From Octopus vulgaris (lineage: Eukaryota), in the NCBI GenBank assembly GCA_951406725.2, contig OX597831.1, positions 52,948,001 through 53,012,000 of the forward strand: a DNA stretch of 64,000 nt, written 5' to 3'. The position numbers were made by a program, and so were the translations under genes. The notes below the pieces were generated by a model, which saw nothing but the letters and a program-made list of their open reading frames with translations, made no database searches and had not been told where the DNA came from. Positions 13,386 to 24,575 of the stretch are shown here, piece by piece (within the stretch, counting starts at the first letter, position 1; each line of letters opens with the position of its first letter).

Positions 13386-13560
13386 GCTTTGTGGCATTTC
13401 AACCAGTACATTCTGAGTTCAAATTCCACTAAGATCGGCTTTGCCTTTCATCCTTTCTGGGTCTATAAAATGAGTAGCAGTTGAGCAATGGAGTCAATGT
13501 AATTGGTTTATCCCCTCCCCTCAGACTGCTGACCATGTGCCAAAATTTGAAACCAATATT
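13385..13560 (+). mobile_element. SINE family C (tRNA-like B box + cctttcatcc..gataaa..agtaccag central domain)
   Basis: ttctgagttcaaattcc...tttgcctttcatcctttctgggtctataaaatgagtagcag. Related copies at 6530-6650, 19490-19730, 26040-26228, 62200-62380 (+) and 21570-21760, 63262-63460 (-). Confidence 0.65.
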
Positions 13561-13684
13561 TCAGTTACTGTTGACATATTAAAGAGCGAACAATCGTTTA
13601 TGTTCATGAGCCACTGTTAATATATTAGACAGCCAAAGATGATAAGATATTGGAGAAGAATGGGCAGGTAATTTACATACTCTT

Positions 13685-13925
13685 ATCATCATTTGATGTC
13701 CATTTTTCCATGCTTGTATGGGTCAGACAAAATTTGCCATGGCAGATTTTCTACCGCCGGATGCTCTTCCAGTCACCAACCCTCACTTATTTCCAAGCAC
13801 GGTAATATTTCCCCATGGCCAGATATGTTTTTCATGGAAGACTGGAAATCAACATCCTTGCTTGTATGATGGTGCTGCTCATTTTCAGCCATCATGTGAT
13901 GTTTAGACAAGGATACACACAAGCA
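13685..13925 (-). mobile_element. SINE 3' half with RTE-like tail (tail B)
   Basis: Reverse complement of the 3' part of the copies at 33130-33360, 54200-54370 and 60880-61050. Confidence 0.65.
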
Positions 13926-14129
13926 CAAATATATTTCATTTTTGTATCTGGTTTGCAAGATTCTTCATGTGAATTCATGTGTTGAAGCAAATTATGTTGT
14001 GTCTGGAGAGAGTCATGTTGTCTTAATGCCTTATTATCTAACACACGCACTGGTTCAATTTTCACTTATTATTTATATTTTTTCTTCCAAAATTTTTGTT
14101 GCTTTTGCTACCTTATGAATGGATGTTAA

Positions 14130-14191
<62 letters not shown>

Positions 14192-14240
14192 TATATATAA
14201 CAAATGAAAGACAGAAGATGGAATATATGAGAATTTATTA

Positions 14241-14352
14241 TTAATCACGACAATTGTTTCAACATATCTAGCAACGATTCCTCTTGGGTGGGACACTCAA
14301 CAATTGGTTCAAGAGCATCCAGTGGTGCAGATGTGTCTCATCGGGTGATAAA
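14241..14352 (-). ncRNA. Type I hammerhead ribozyme motif (U4C core variant, long stem II, palindromic stem III)
   Basis: Minus strand reads AUCAC-CCGAUGA-GACACAUCU...AGAUAUGUU-GAAA-CAAUUG-UC|GUGAU. All three helices close around the core. Confidence 0.7.
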
Positions 14353-16087
14353 TAATATATATATCACCATGATCACCGTGACCGACCAGGCTATCAGATG
14401 TTGCTACACATCACTGGTCACAATGCGCTTTGCATTGTTTTAGCCTTCAAATGATGCCACCTCGCTAGCTAAGTGAGCAGGCCAATATATAATATATATA
14501 TATATATGTATGTATGTATATATATATATATCCTCAATATTAATGAACCACTCAATTACTTTCAAGGACTATAAACATAAATTAACATTTTGTCTAAGCT
14601 TAGGAATATGCTTATCAATAATAAATTTAGTAATATTACCAATATCTGATTTAGATAGGCGAATTAGTCTAACTTGTGGATTGGAATTATAACAAGCTTC
14701 TTTCAGTTTTAATCTGCCAAATCTACTCACAAGGCTTTGGTTGGCCTGGTACTATAGCAGAAGACATTTGCCCAAGATGCCAAACAGCGAGACTGAACTC
14801 AAGACTGCATGCTTGAGAAGCAATCTTCTTAGCCTCATGGTCATACCAGCTCTGTGTCCATATATTTACATTTTTAAATGGTATCAGTATAGAGGAAGGG
14901 ACTGTGCATCTAAACTTTGCAGGTCCTCGGGGGATGGTTAGAGTGATGCAGTTGATGTTCTGTTTCAGTAGCTCTGAATTAGGACCTGAGGGATAAATAT
15001 ATATGACAACATACTGACAAGGGACCCTCTATATGGATTCCTGATATGCTAGAAATAGCAGTAATGTTCCATCAAATCACACACTATCATTTTAAAACTG
15101 AGAGATGACATTGAAAAACAGAGTACCTCTATGACCAAATAGGTTAGGGGACTCATTAACATATATTACTTATCGCTCATATGGATTGGTGAACTAAATT
15201 GGCTTTGTTTGAAACTCAAAAAACGATGATGACTATTTAGGTAACACCAAATAAGGAGTTTACTATTAATCATAAGCAAATCAATCTTAATGTTGAACAT
15301 TGAGGAAGAAGGAATTGCAGTGAAATTAGATGGAAAAAGCCTGTAAAAATGCTATAATCTGCATTACAACAAGAAAAAATCTTATGCAAACTGAAAATTT
15401 GTGACATTTAAAAGAGCTGATGATAGCTTTACCATTTATCTCAGACAATTTACTGAATATTTAAACCAAATTTGTAGTTGAACAACAACAGTGGAGATGC
15501 TACTACAGAAATTTCATATTACAATTGTGGGTGGTAATAGTGGGAGGTAAAGAACTCTGTGTGTGTGTGTGCGTGTGTGTTTGTGTGTGTGTGTGTATGT
15601 GTGTTGAAGAACACCATCTCCTGTAACTGAGGAGAGGATGGTATTTACTCTGTAGCCATATTGTTGTCACCTCCAAACTGTTGTTAATAAAGTTTAAAAA
15701 AGTAAAATGTGAGGCTTTGAATCCTTATGATTATCTTTTGTTAATGATGGTTTACTATTTCAAGTTTAGAACTATTCCAATAACAAAAGTTTTCAAATGA
15801 TAGTTATGAAATTCTTTGGACAAAATATTTATGTTACACCCAGTGTGTACAATGTAGAAAAGAAAGACATTTTAAGAGACAGAGGACTTAAATATTCTTG
15901 AACTGAAGAATAAGAGACAAAAGAACAGGAATATTCCAGACCAAATCAGATCAAAATTAAAGTATAAGATTTAGAAAGACTGTTTTAAAAAAATTAAAAT
16001 ACATGATTATCATCATCATTAATCATTTACTTTTTCATGAGTTGGTCAGAATTTGTCGAGGCAGATTTTCTACAACCAGATGAAATT

Positions 16088-16143
<56 letters not shown>

Positions 16144-16211
16144 TATATTCTTTCTCTCCCTCCACCAACACCGGATATCTCTCTCTTCTCCCACCACTAT
16201 TACCGGACATC

Positions 16212-16620
16212 TCTCTTCTCTCACCGGAAACCCTCTCTCTCACTGGTGGTATCCTCTATCATACCTGCAATCTCCTTTCCCTCTTTCCTGGAACAAATGC
16301 AACTAGTTTAGCTGCCCACCTACTTAATCAGCTATCTTTCGTCTTGACTCGAAATTTGTCAACAAACAACTACTCAGTAATTTCCATGGACGTATCGAAG
16401 AGAAAGGGAAAGCTAATGGGCTATATGTGCATGCTTGTTCTGTGCGCGTGCGTGCTTGTGTGAATGTGTGCATGTTCATTCTAATGGGCATGCTTGTTCC
16501 TCTCTTCTCTCACTGGAAACCCCCTTCCTCACAGGTGGTATCCTCTATCATACCTGCAATTTCCTCTCCCCATCTCTCTCCTCGGACAAATGCAACTAGT
16601 TTAGCTGCCCACCTACTTAA
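16212..16620 (+). repeat. ~115 bp direct repeat pair
   Basis: 16212-16328 and 16502-16620 share ctcttctctcac.ggaaaccc...caaatgcaactagtttagctgcccacctacttaa. Confidence 0.8.
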
Positions 16621-16899
16621 CCTAACATTGGCATATTGATATTCATATTCTTCTCATCCTCCTCCTTTATCTATCTTTATTGATTTACTTACTTATATCT
16701 GCAACTCCAGGAATCCTTAAATTTATGCATTTATGATGTCCATAATGCTTTTACTTACAGTGGCACTAACACCTACTCCTACCCCCAGTGGGGGGGGGGG
16801 GGGCAACAATCTTAACACACTTGAATGTTTGAATGATGACAGGTCGAAAGTGAGAACAGGTGTAGCATGTCTATCAAATGAACATGAAAACCTTCTTTT

Positions 16900-17660
16900 C
16901 AGGCACTGAATAACATTTCCCCTCCCTATGTCTCCTCCCACATTCCTTCATGTTTTTAGAGTTGGCACTGTTAAAGTAGGCACACTGAAAGGTAGGTCTA
17001 GTGAGATTGTAGAGATGTTTGAATGGAGACGTGTTGATGTATGCTGCATACAAGAGGTAAGGTGGAGAGGAGCTTCAGCCAGGGTCCTCACAGGCAAGGT
17101 ACATAGGTATAAAATCTGGGACCACAGATACATGGGAAACTGATTTCCTCAAATGTTCTGGAGGTTCTCCAGATGTTATAGAAGTGTAATTGCTAGAATA
17201 AGAATAGGATGAAGAAAGTTCAGGTCTCTCTCTCTCCAAGTGAAAGGAAGATTGTATGATGCATGAGTACAAACTGAAAGGCTACATGGTAGTAAGACAT
17301 GGGCCCTGAATACAGAGGATATACAAAGAGTAGAGAGGAATAAAGCTGGTATGCTCTGTTGTATGTACAGCATCAGTGGACATGTGTAACTGAGCACTAG
17401 TATACTGAGAGCAAAGTTAAGCATAAGAGGCAGTGTACAAGAGAGGAGACTGCACTGCTTTGGTTACATGATGAGGACAGCTGCATAAAGAAGTGCTGAT
17501 AACTTAAAATGGAGGGAAGTTGTGGAAAAGAGAGACCCAAGAAACACAGGATGAAGTGTTGAAAGCCAATCACTTACGAAACAAATGACAGAGGATCGAA
17601 TTATGTGGTGCATTGCTGTACTCTTGAAGACCTACCCACCACAATAGAATTGATATCCTT
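16900..17660 (+). mobile_element. Internally deleted RTE LINE (AP-endonuclease N-terminus fused to post-RT region)
   Basis: FRVGTVKVGTLKGRSSEIVEMFEWRRVDVCCIQEVRWRG is an APE N-terminus. From ~17125 the sequence matches the post-RT part of the copy at 900-1500. Confidence 0.75.
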
Positions 17661-17699
17661 AAACCAAGGTGCCATGTAAAAAGCATTGGTGTTGGTGCT

Positions 17700-18390
17700 G
17701 ATGCTAAACACAGTTGTGAGTCTGAAGCCCTAAAAAGACATAGACTAGGAAAAGATGGAGCTGTTGTGGACTCATTGGACAAGGTTGTTTGGTGCTGCCA
17801 ATATCTGTGTAGGAGGACAAAGATTTGGGTCTTTAGATCTCTGTTCCTCCATGTCCTGCTCTATAGTTGTGAGACTTGGACACTGTCTGGGTCACTTAGG
17901 AACTGCCTAAAATCCTTTGGTACCAGGATGCTTTGCAGGATTATGACTACTCAGAAACTGGGATGTGTCCTGTTACATGTACAATTCAGGAGCACCAGGT
18001 CATACTGCTAGACCATGTTGCTTTATTTCTTGACATAGATCCTACCTATTATGTCCTCTTCATTGAGGATCTGGCTGGGTTGACAGCTCATGCTGGTTGA
18101 CCACATGCCCCAGGAGTGGATCCAAGGTTGGGGTGGGGAGCTGAGGGCATGTGCCTCCCTCAAGAAAAGAAATATGCCCTTCTAAATAATGTTATTACGC
18201 CCTTTTCTCCTGCAACTGTATTCCCTTCTGACCATGTGCCCTCCCTTTGAAAAATTCCTGGGACCATACCTGTGCCACATGGTCATGGCAGATGAGAGGG
18301 TATCTCAGAGAGATGGGTCACCTGGGAAGTTTCTGGTATATACCAATAAATGAACACGTTGCAATGGTACATGCCCCCACACCTGACCAA
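17700..18390 (+). mobile_element. 3' remnant of a second RTE-clade family
   Basis: RRTKIWVFRSLFLHVLLYSCETWTL (ORF 17766-18011) is the typical RTE C-terminal LYGCETW motif. Confidence 0.7.
18111..18272. mobile_element. Probable hAT-like MITE inserted in the RTE remnant
   Basis: Imperfect TIRs caggagtggatccaagg / cctgggaccatacctg and repeated gtgccctcc subterminal motifs. No clear TSD. Confidence 0.4.
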
Positions 18391-18544
18391 AGCAATAAAT
18401 ATTTGCATAAATCTTTAAAGGTGTTATCCTCTTAAAATACTAAAGAAAGTATAATTGAAGGATTTAATAAAATAAATTGACCCCAAAATTTGTTTTCTTA
18501 AATCTGGTGCTTTTTGGTTGGTATCTTACGCCTAACCACTAATT

Positions 18545-18793
18545 TATGAAGACAGAAACAAACAATTCCAGTTGTCAAGCAATGATGTGGGTGGGGTGAC
18601 AAATATAAACACACATATATTTGATGGGCTTCCACACAGTTTCCATCTACCAGCCCTGGGTTGATCAAACTCACTCATAAGACATTGGTCAGCACGGGGC
18701 TTTCGTAAAAGACATTTGTTCAAGGTGCCACACAGCGGGACTGAACCCAGTACCATGTGGTTGCAAAGTAAGCTTCTTAACCACACAGCCATA
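18545..18793 (-). mobile_element. SINE family A, partial
   Basis: Head ggctgtgtggttaagaagcttactttgcaaccacatgg...ggttcagtccc (A/B box-like), homologous to 61253-61628. Confidence 0.7.
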
Positions 18794-19774
18794 CCTTATC
18801 AAAGAACACTTTAAGAATGTTGTTGTTTAGCTTCAGCTCTGCCCTGATCAAGCTGAGCTCCCATGTTGCAGCCATTGTATTGTCTGTTTTTCTGACATAG
18901 TGTATCTAAGACTACTTTATTCATGTCTTTGATTCTTTAAAATGATATAGCATAATTTGAATACTGTTTCAAGGTTGGATTGAGTAAGTGATTTGGTTTC
19001 AACCCAACTAAAGAGTTTTTCACATTTCTTATATCATTGGATTTTTCTAGAATCTCATTTCTCCTCTTAATGTGAGGTCTTCTGCTTTGTCAGAAATTGA
19101 TATTTGATAGATATTGAGAATCTCATTGAGGTCAACTTTGTCACTCTTCATGGGATGATTAAAGCACCAGTCAAATATTGGAGGTCAATGAATTTGATTA
19201 TATCCTTCCTCCAACATGTGTGGCTGCAAACCAACTTCAGAAATCAATAATAAACAAATTAACAAGTTCTAAGGTCGAGGTTTTGAGTTCAATTCTTACT
19301 GATTTCCAATTTAGTCTACATTCTTGGTTCAGTTCTGGTTAAATCCAATTATGTTGTAAATGCTATTAAGAAAGGCATAAACATCACAATACTCCACTTC
19401 CCTTATCCTATAAATCTGATGTCCTTGTCTTTCAAAAATAAAACCATTCAATACTGGAAACAATCAATATTTTATAGGGGAAAAGACCAGAGAAATGTAG
19501 AAGTTCGATAGTACCGAATTAAGCGCTTTGCAAGATTTAGTTTCGTTTCTCTATGTTCTGAGTTCAATTCCTGACGAGTCCCCGACTCATCAACGTTGAG
19601 TTCACTTATTCCTGAGAGTCAACTTAGTTTTTCATCTCACCGTAATTCATAAAATAAATACCAGTAATATTCTGTAAATCGATTCACTACATAATATTCC
19701 CTTTACGAATAGGTCTTGCAGCTCACCAATAGTAATCAATAATTCGTGCAGAAAATATGCAAACACATTAACAT

Positions 19775-19920
19775 TACTTCCCGCCCCACATTAACATCAC
19801 GTGCCTGCGAGCGCGCAATTCTGGTGTTTCGGCCTATTCCGGTGCAATCCGGAAATACACGTTTCTTGTCGCTACTACTGGAATTGTAGCCTCTTTCTGG
19901 CCGTAGAACAACATGGCGGC
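19775..19920 (+). promoter_or_regulatory. CpG-rich housekeeping-type promoter / 5' UTR
   Basis: GC box ccgcccc (19781), E-box CACGTG (19798-19803), NRF1-like tgcgagcgcgca (19806-19817), ETS-like ttccgg/ccggaa (19837, 19849), ZNF143-like ggaattgtag (19880-19889) and YY1-like aacATGGCGGC over the start codon, in otherwise CpG-poor DNA. Confidence 0.65.
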
Positions 19921-20045
19921 TGTGTTTGACAACGTGCATATAGCTATTTACAAGGAAAGCGGTTATTTTGATAATTCTGATAAAGCACCACATAGAATTG
20001 AAATTATTAAGGAACAGAACCAGGTTACTGTGAACTTTTATTGCG
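19913..20045 (+). CDS. CARM1: First coding exon, probable histone-arginine methyltransferase CARM1/PRMT4 (N-terminal PH-like domain)
   Basis: Good Kozak context (aacATGG) and strong donor G|gtaagt at 20046. MAAVFDNVHIAIYKESGYFDNSDKAPHRIEIIKEQNQVTVNFYC aligns by eye to human CARM1 VSVFPGARLLTI...LRLEVR...IALYS, with a phase-1 intron at the matching position (recalled from memory). No catalytic exons found in the window. Confidence 0.6.
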
Positions 20046-22751
20046 GTAAGTTTGCCGGTATTACGTCTTTGTTTTATATCTCTAATGTCCACTGTTTCCC
20101 TTTTCAACTTGTAGTAAAAGCTCAAAATGTCTGATAATAAACAAAGCCTCTGGCACATACATGCAGACACACACACACACACACATACTTATATCACACG
20201 TTCGTAACTCCTTTACGCACACACGCACATAAAATATATATATATAGTACGCACTCTCGACCACAACATTCCCAGTTCTTTACACATACAATCAGTTCAT
20301 GTTGTCATACCACACATATTCGCACTTAAATTTATACACCACACACACATATACTCTTCAAGTCTATAAATATTATATATCTCAGATACTTACATCCGTA
20401 CTTATCCTTGAGTATTTCGTGGGACATTCTCTTCTTGAATAATTCTGTATATCTTCGTCTAAACCACAGTCGCTGTTACTTCCGTACAATTTTCTCTATT
20501 TTCTCGCTGTCCACATTTATGTTTAATTTTCATCTGCCAGATCTCATTCCTAAAACGATGTAAAACAGTTTTTGCTAAGGAACAAAAGGGAAATAAAAAT
20601 AGCAAAATTCATATTATTTACATGCTTTCATATATAATGATAGTAGTAGTAGTAGTAGTAGTAGTAGTAATAATAAATCATGATAGAAATTAACAATAAT
20701 TTACCTTGTGATGTATCTAAATTATACGGTTCATCATCATTATTTTTATAGTAATAAGGGGAGCAGGAAAGACTTCCTCTCTCGTGAATTTGTCTTTTTT
20801 TGTGCAAGCGTCGTTCCTATCTTCTTAGTTTCACTAAATTACTTTTAACACTTTACTTTCGTGTTTATGTTATATATTTACAGGGTTTGTCTTGTTGAAA
20901 TGTCATATATAGTAAAAAAATTTTAAAAAAAACTTGGTGTAAGTAAAAAAAAAATACTAGAGTATTTGCTGTATTACGTCCATTGACAGATTACACTAGA
21001 ATGAGTGCGTGTATATATATATGTGTGTATTTATATATATATATATGTCAGCCACTTTATTCATTAAATGCTGCAATGGCAGCAGAAAACCAATTCTTCA
21101 TTGTTCTTTCTTTGGTGTTTACTTAGCGACAATTGTGACCAACTGACTGACTATTTTAGAATTACTTATTGATAAAGTAGGGGAGCATCGTGAATGGTTG
21201 GTCACAACAAAGAAAAATAATAGTATTGATGATTTTTTTTTTTAAAGTGCTTTGTCGGTCTTGAACTAGCACGTCTCTTGTTCACTTTCGCCCTTGTACC
21301 CTCTCACTCCCCTCCGCCTGATTTTTCTTTTGCTTTCCGATTAGTTTCCTCCTCCAAATTTCTTCCCCCACCACTTCTTTAGATCTTTCATCATCAAAGA
21401 TTATTGCAGGCTTATTATATTTTATTAAATATATAACTGGAGATTTAATTAGAAGTAGTAATTTTCGTAATCATTTAATTCTAGTTTTTCCCCCCCTTTG
21501 TTCGACCAGCGAATAGAATTGTAAGGGGCTTCATGCAGTTCCTTGTGACAGCATTGTTGATGTAAGGGAAAACTAAAGCAGCGATTGTGAATCGAAACCG
21601 TCTCGCGAACTCGGCAAGCTCTTACAAATAATATTGATTTCGAACTTAAGCACAAGGCCACATATTTTATCGACCTCAGTAATTGGCTGGAACTTATTTT
21701 ATTGAATCTGGAGGGATGAAAGGCGTAATCGACCACCGTGGGATTCGCCCATTTAGAATATTAATATTGATTTTTTTTTTTTTTTTTTTTTTTGCATGTT
21801 AAATAGGTACGAGAACTTTTTTAGCGTGCAGGTTTGGGTTTTGTCAATCTATACATTTCCTATGCATAACTTGTATTTATTTAATCGACTCTGGAGTGAC
21901 GAAAGGTCAAGTCGACATAGATTTGATTTGGCCTAAGTCACCAATTTGGTTTCATGAAAGATATCTTTTTCAGACTTTTTGTCTTCTGCTCCAAATCTAC
22001 CCATTTTACACCGCTCTATTAAACAACGCGGATTTATTTTGACGGAGCAGGCTCAAGAGGATTTCTGTAAGGATGATATAAAATATTGATTCAATCGACT
22101 CATGACATTTGTATTTTTATCTCTAGAGTGATGGAAATGCGAGAATGACCGAGGCGAGATTTGAACGTAAGAGAATTAGGAGTGAAACCTCGTCCATGTT
22201 TTCACTGGGTTAGAGGAACTTACCTTGCTGTTAAATTATTATTTTTTTTTACATAAGGTGGAAGCGGTAACATTACGCTTTATATAATTCCAGAGGGGGT
22301 TAGTGACTTAACTAACAAGAAATGTCGATATTATAAAAAGACTGTTATTGTTACGAAAAAGCTTTATAAAAGCGAGATATTTTGATAATGAACTAGAGAA
22401 CACATACGCATATATACAAAGCGAGAGTGGTGGGGGACAGGCATGTGTTTTTCATATTGTTGTTGCGCTCTTCACATGAATGACTTTTTGAGATGAAAAT
22501 AATTTCTATATATATATATATACATAAAAATCCAGGTGAAAAAATATGCTAGGCAAGTGTATAGAATTATTTGAATAGCTTTTAAACTTAAAATTGTAAT
22601 AATAGCCAGCAACACAATAAAAAAAAATTGTAAAGCAGAGCTGTATGAAATAGAAAGAAAGAAAAATACATTGTATAATATTTGTATAAACAAGAATTGT
22701 GAGCAAACCTTGAATACAGGTGATACATACACACACTTACACAGATTTACC

Positions 22752-23045
22752 CTTGTGGTAAGAAGTTGGCTTCCCAACCATATATAGTTTTGGGATCAAT
22801 CCCAATGCCTGGTTCATTGGTTAAGTGTCTTTTACTACACCCTGGGTTGGCCAAATAGTTGTGAGTGGATTTGGTAAATGGGAACTGAAAGAAGCCCACT
22901 GCGCACACACACACGTGTGTGTTTGTATGTCTGTCTCCTTGCTGAGGGTTGGCAACAGGAAGGGCATTTGGCTGTAGAAAATCTGCCTCTGCAAATTCCA
23001 TTCAACCCATGAAAGTGTGGAAAAGTGGACATCAAGATGATGATG
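22752..23045 (+). mobile_element. SINE, head A + tail B
   Basis: tgtggtaagaagttggcttcccaacc...gaaagaagccc, a (ca)/(gt) linker, then ggcaacaggaagggcat...(gat)n. Confidence 0.65.
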
Positions 23046-24471
23046 ATTATATATATTTTTACATGTGTTTTTTTCCATCCTTGCATAGGTTAGATGAATA
23101 GATTATATCATATTGTTTTTACAGCCTGATACCCTTAGCCCGTTTTCAAGTAAGGGATAATTTATTCCACACTTTTGCAACTTTTTGTTTCAGTGGAAAA
23201 TGAAAATGCCATTGCTTGTAGTTCAGCAGTTTTTGGAGTGGTGCAATTGTAAACACAGATTTTGCATGCATCCCTGACTATATATATATATAATCCCACC
23301 CATGCCAGCAAGATGGGCAGACATTAAATGATGATGATATATATAAAATCCTTTCAGGGTTGTTAGTCTATTGGATAGATTGCTTTACTGGAGAGCTGGA
23401 ATGATTATTGTAAAGCAATCAGGCTAACCTAAGTTGACCTTGTTAGGATTTAAACTCAGAGTGCAGAGAGCGTTATGAGTTTAATTCCTCTCAAGGTTAA
23501 CTTTGCTTCTCATTCAGAGCTGTACTGGGGATCAGCTTTTCTCAAGCTCTTTCTTTATTTGATTTTTCTTTTTCTTCTCTCAGAAGACATTAACTGTGGT
23601 GAGATTTCTGTCATGATGGTGGCTTTGTGACTCTGTCAAGGAGTTAAGGACCCACCTCACATTGTGTGTGTGTGCGTGCACTACAAACTGACTTTAATGG
23701 TTTTATAACCTTCTACAAATGTACGCAAGATTGTTTAATAGAGCATCATGCAAAAAAGTGTGATGGGAGGCAAGGCTTAGTGATACTACAAATATGAAAT
23801 ACTTAACGAAAAATGCGATATGTACTCTATTTTCGTTTTTGTTTATCAAATGTATGCATCAAATAGGTGAGCAGTTTTATTGACTTCAGTGAATAACAGA
23901 AGTTCATGGATTTCTGTGGAGTGAGTGATATTGCTGTGACTGGGAATTGAATATAGCTGAGGGTATGGATGGGATTCAAAGATCCAGTTTACTAGGGAGA
24001 TTGTCACTTGTACTACAGTGCTAAACAACTTAAATGTAGAATCAAGTTGAAAGATTCTGTTAGTGTGTATGAACTTACCACTTTTAGAGTAAGATTCACA
24101 TTTGTTATTTTACTGCAACAATAGAAAACAAAAGTTGAAGACTAGGAGTATTACAGTATTTGTAGCCCTGTTTATCATTTAATCATGGATCTGCATAATT
24201 GGTATGCTCAGTTGTGAACCATGTTACACTTACGGATTGAGCTATGAGTCAGTGATCAGTCAAAGATTCTGCTTCTATCTCAAAAATATGTCCCAGTGAC
24301 CACCCACAATGCTCAGCTATCCAAAATGTGCTATTGCTTGTGTTTACATTATTGTGCTGTGAGGTTCCATATTTTTTTTTTTAATACAAATTTATATATT
24401 TGTAACCACCAACATGAGACCAGTGAACAAAAAATACAAAGGAGCTTGATTCTAGTAAATGATGTAGATGA

Positions 24472-24575
24472 GTGATTGTCTACAGGAAAAGGTAAAGATT
24501 ATCCAGAAAATATGTGACAGTGGAAGCTTTACTGCTGTGGGCTGTGAGTTTGGTATCAATGATTCTACCATCTTT
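24472..24575 (+). mobile_element. Tigger/pogo transposase N-terminal HTH remnant
   Basis: Translates LQEKVKIIQKICDSGSFTAVGCEFGINDSTI, matching the LxEKxxII...S...V.R.FGIN.STI psq-type HTH. Confidence 0.6.

Noticed and set aside
16325-16385. Minus-strand CUGAGUA...GAAA fold in the direct-repeat spacer
   Set aside because: G8 is missing and there is no closing stem I or valid cleavage triplet.
16790-16803. G14 homopolymer as a G-quadruplex element
   Set aside because: Isolated run with no supporting context.
19572-19592. CTGACGA-GTC-CCC-GAC hammerhead-like start
   Set aside because: No GAAA, stem III or stem I follows; it lies in a duplicated SINE B-box region.
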